Positions 63,531 through 64,000 of a DNA stretch of 64,000 nucleotides are shown in pieces. A program made the translations under genes and the position numbers. The DNA is from Chiloscyllium plagiosum (Eukaryota). How positions within the stretch are numbered: position 1 is the stretch's first letter; every line of letters begins with the position of its first letter. The stretch is from the NCBI RefSeq assembly GCF_004010195.1, contig NC_057720.1:23052567-23116566 (forward strand), in the 5' to 3' direction. The notes beneath the pieces are model-generated. The model did no database searches and was not told the origin of the DNA. It was given only the letters and a program-made list of their open reading frames with translations.

Positions 63531-64000
63531 CTTCTCCCTCTCCCCTTCTTCCCCCTTCCAGAAGCATGACTTACTCTGTTTGCCTCTGCTTATCCTCATT
63601 GCTATGCTGTAGTACAAATGGGATGCATACCACAAAAATGGGAGCAGGCGATTTGTGGCGCAATAATTCCCTTCAGCAGGTACCTCACCAATACCAGTAG
63701 GTCTAGCTACTTTAAGAAACTCTGGAAATCATCAAGTATCCCTACAATTGCAAGAGTGGCTGGTAGATATCAATCAGTCGCTGATCTTTTGAATGGTATT
63801 GCTCTGAAAATAGGTTTCTGGTAGCAAATGACAACCTTGTCAAACATGCAAACATTAAAATAAAATTGTGCGGCCAAACACGTGTTCAGCTGTAGAAAAT
63901 TACGAGGAGACATCAGCTGGAACTCTGCGCTCCAACATAGAAGCACTGGCATCAAATCAGCCAATAAATGACATAATCTGGCTATCCTTCACATTCTAGT

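Overview
Eukaryotic, AT-rich, repeat-dense DNA. It is almost certainly from a cartilaginous fish (shark), inferred from many HE1-type V-SINEs and their partner CR1 (HER1-type) LINE tails. I could not confidently identify any host protein-coding gene, rRNA, true tRNA or CRISPR; the window looks intronic or intergenic. It contains: a young near-full-length CR1 (ORF1 esterase plus a 698-aa RT frame); several other CR1 copies; a single-ORF LINE with a tRNA-like 5' head and short bipartite derivatives of it; Penelope-like (GIY-YIG) fragments plus many short TSD-flanked pLTR-type inserts carrying minimal hammerhead ribozyme motifs in three sequence families; solo LTRs; and relics of a Gypsy integrase, RTE, and Harbinger transposase and Myb genes. 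There is also a ~3.4 kb 29/38-bp minisatellite with higher-order structure and three assembly gaps. The most notable signals are the covarying minimal hammerheads, the tRNA-headed LINE/SINE pair and the minisatellite. Family names and boundaries come from reading by eye, not from database searches.
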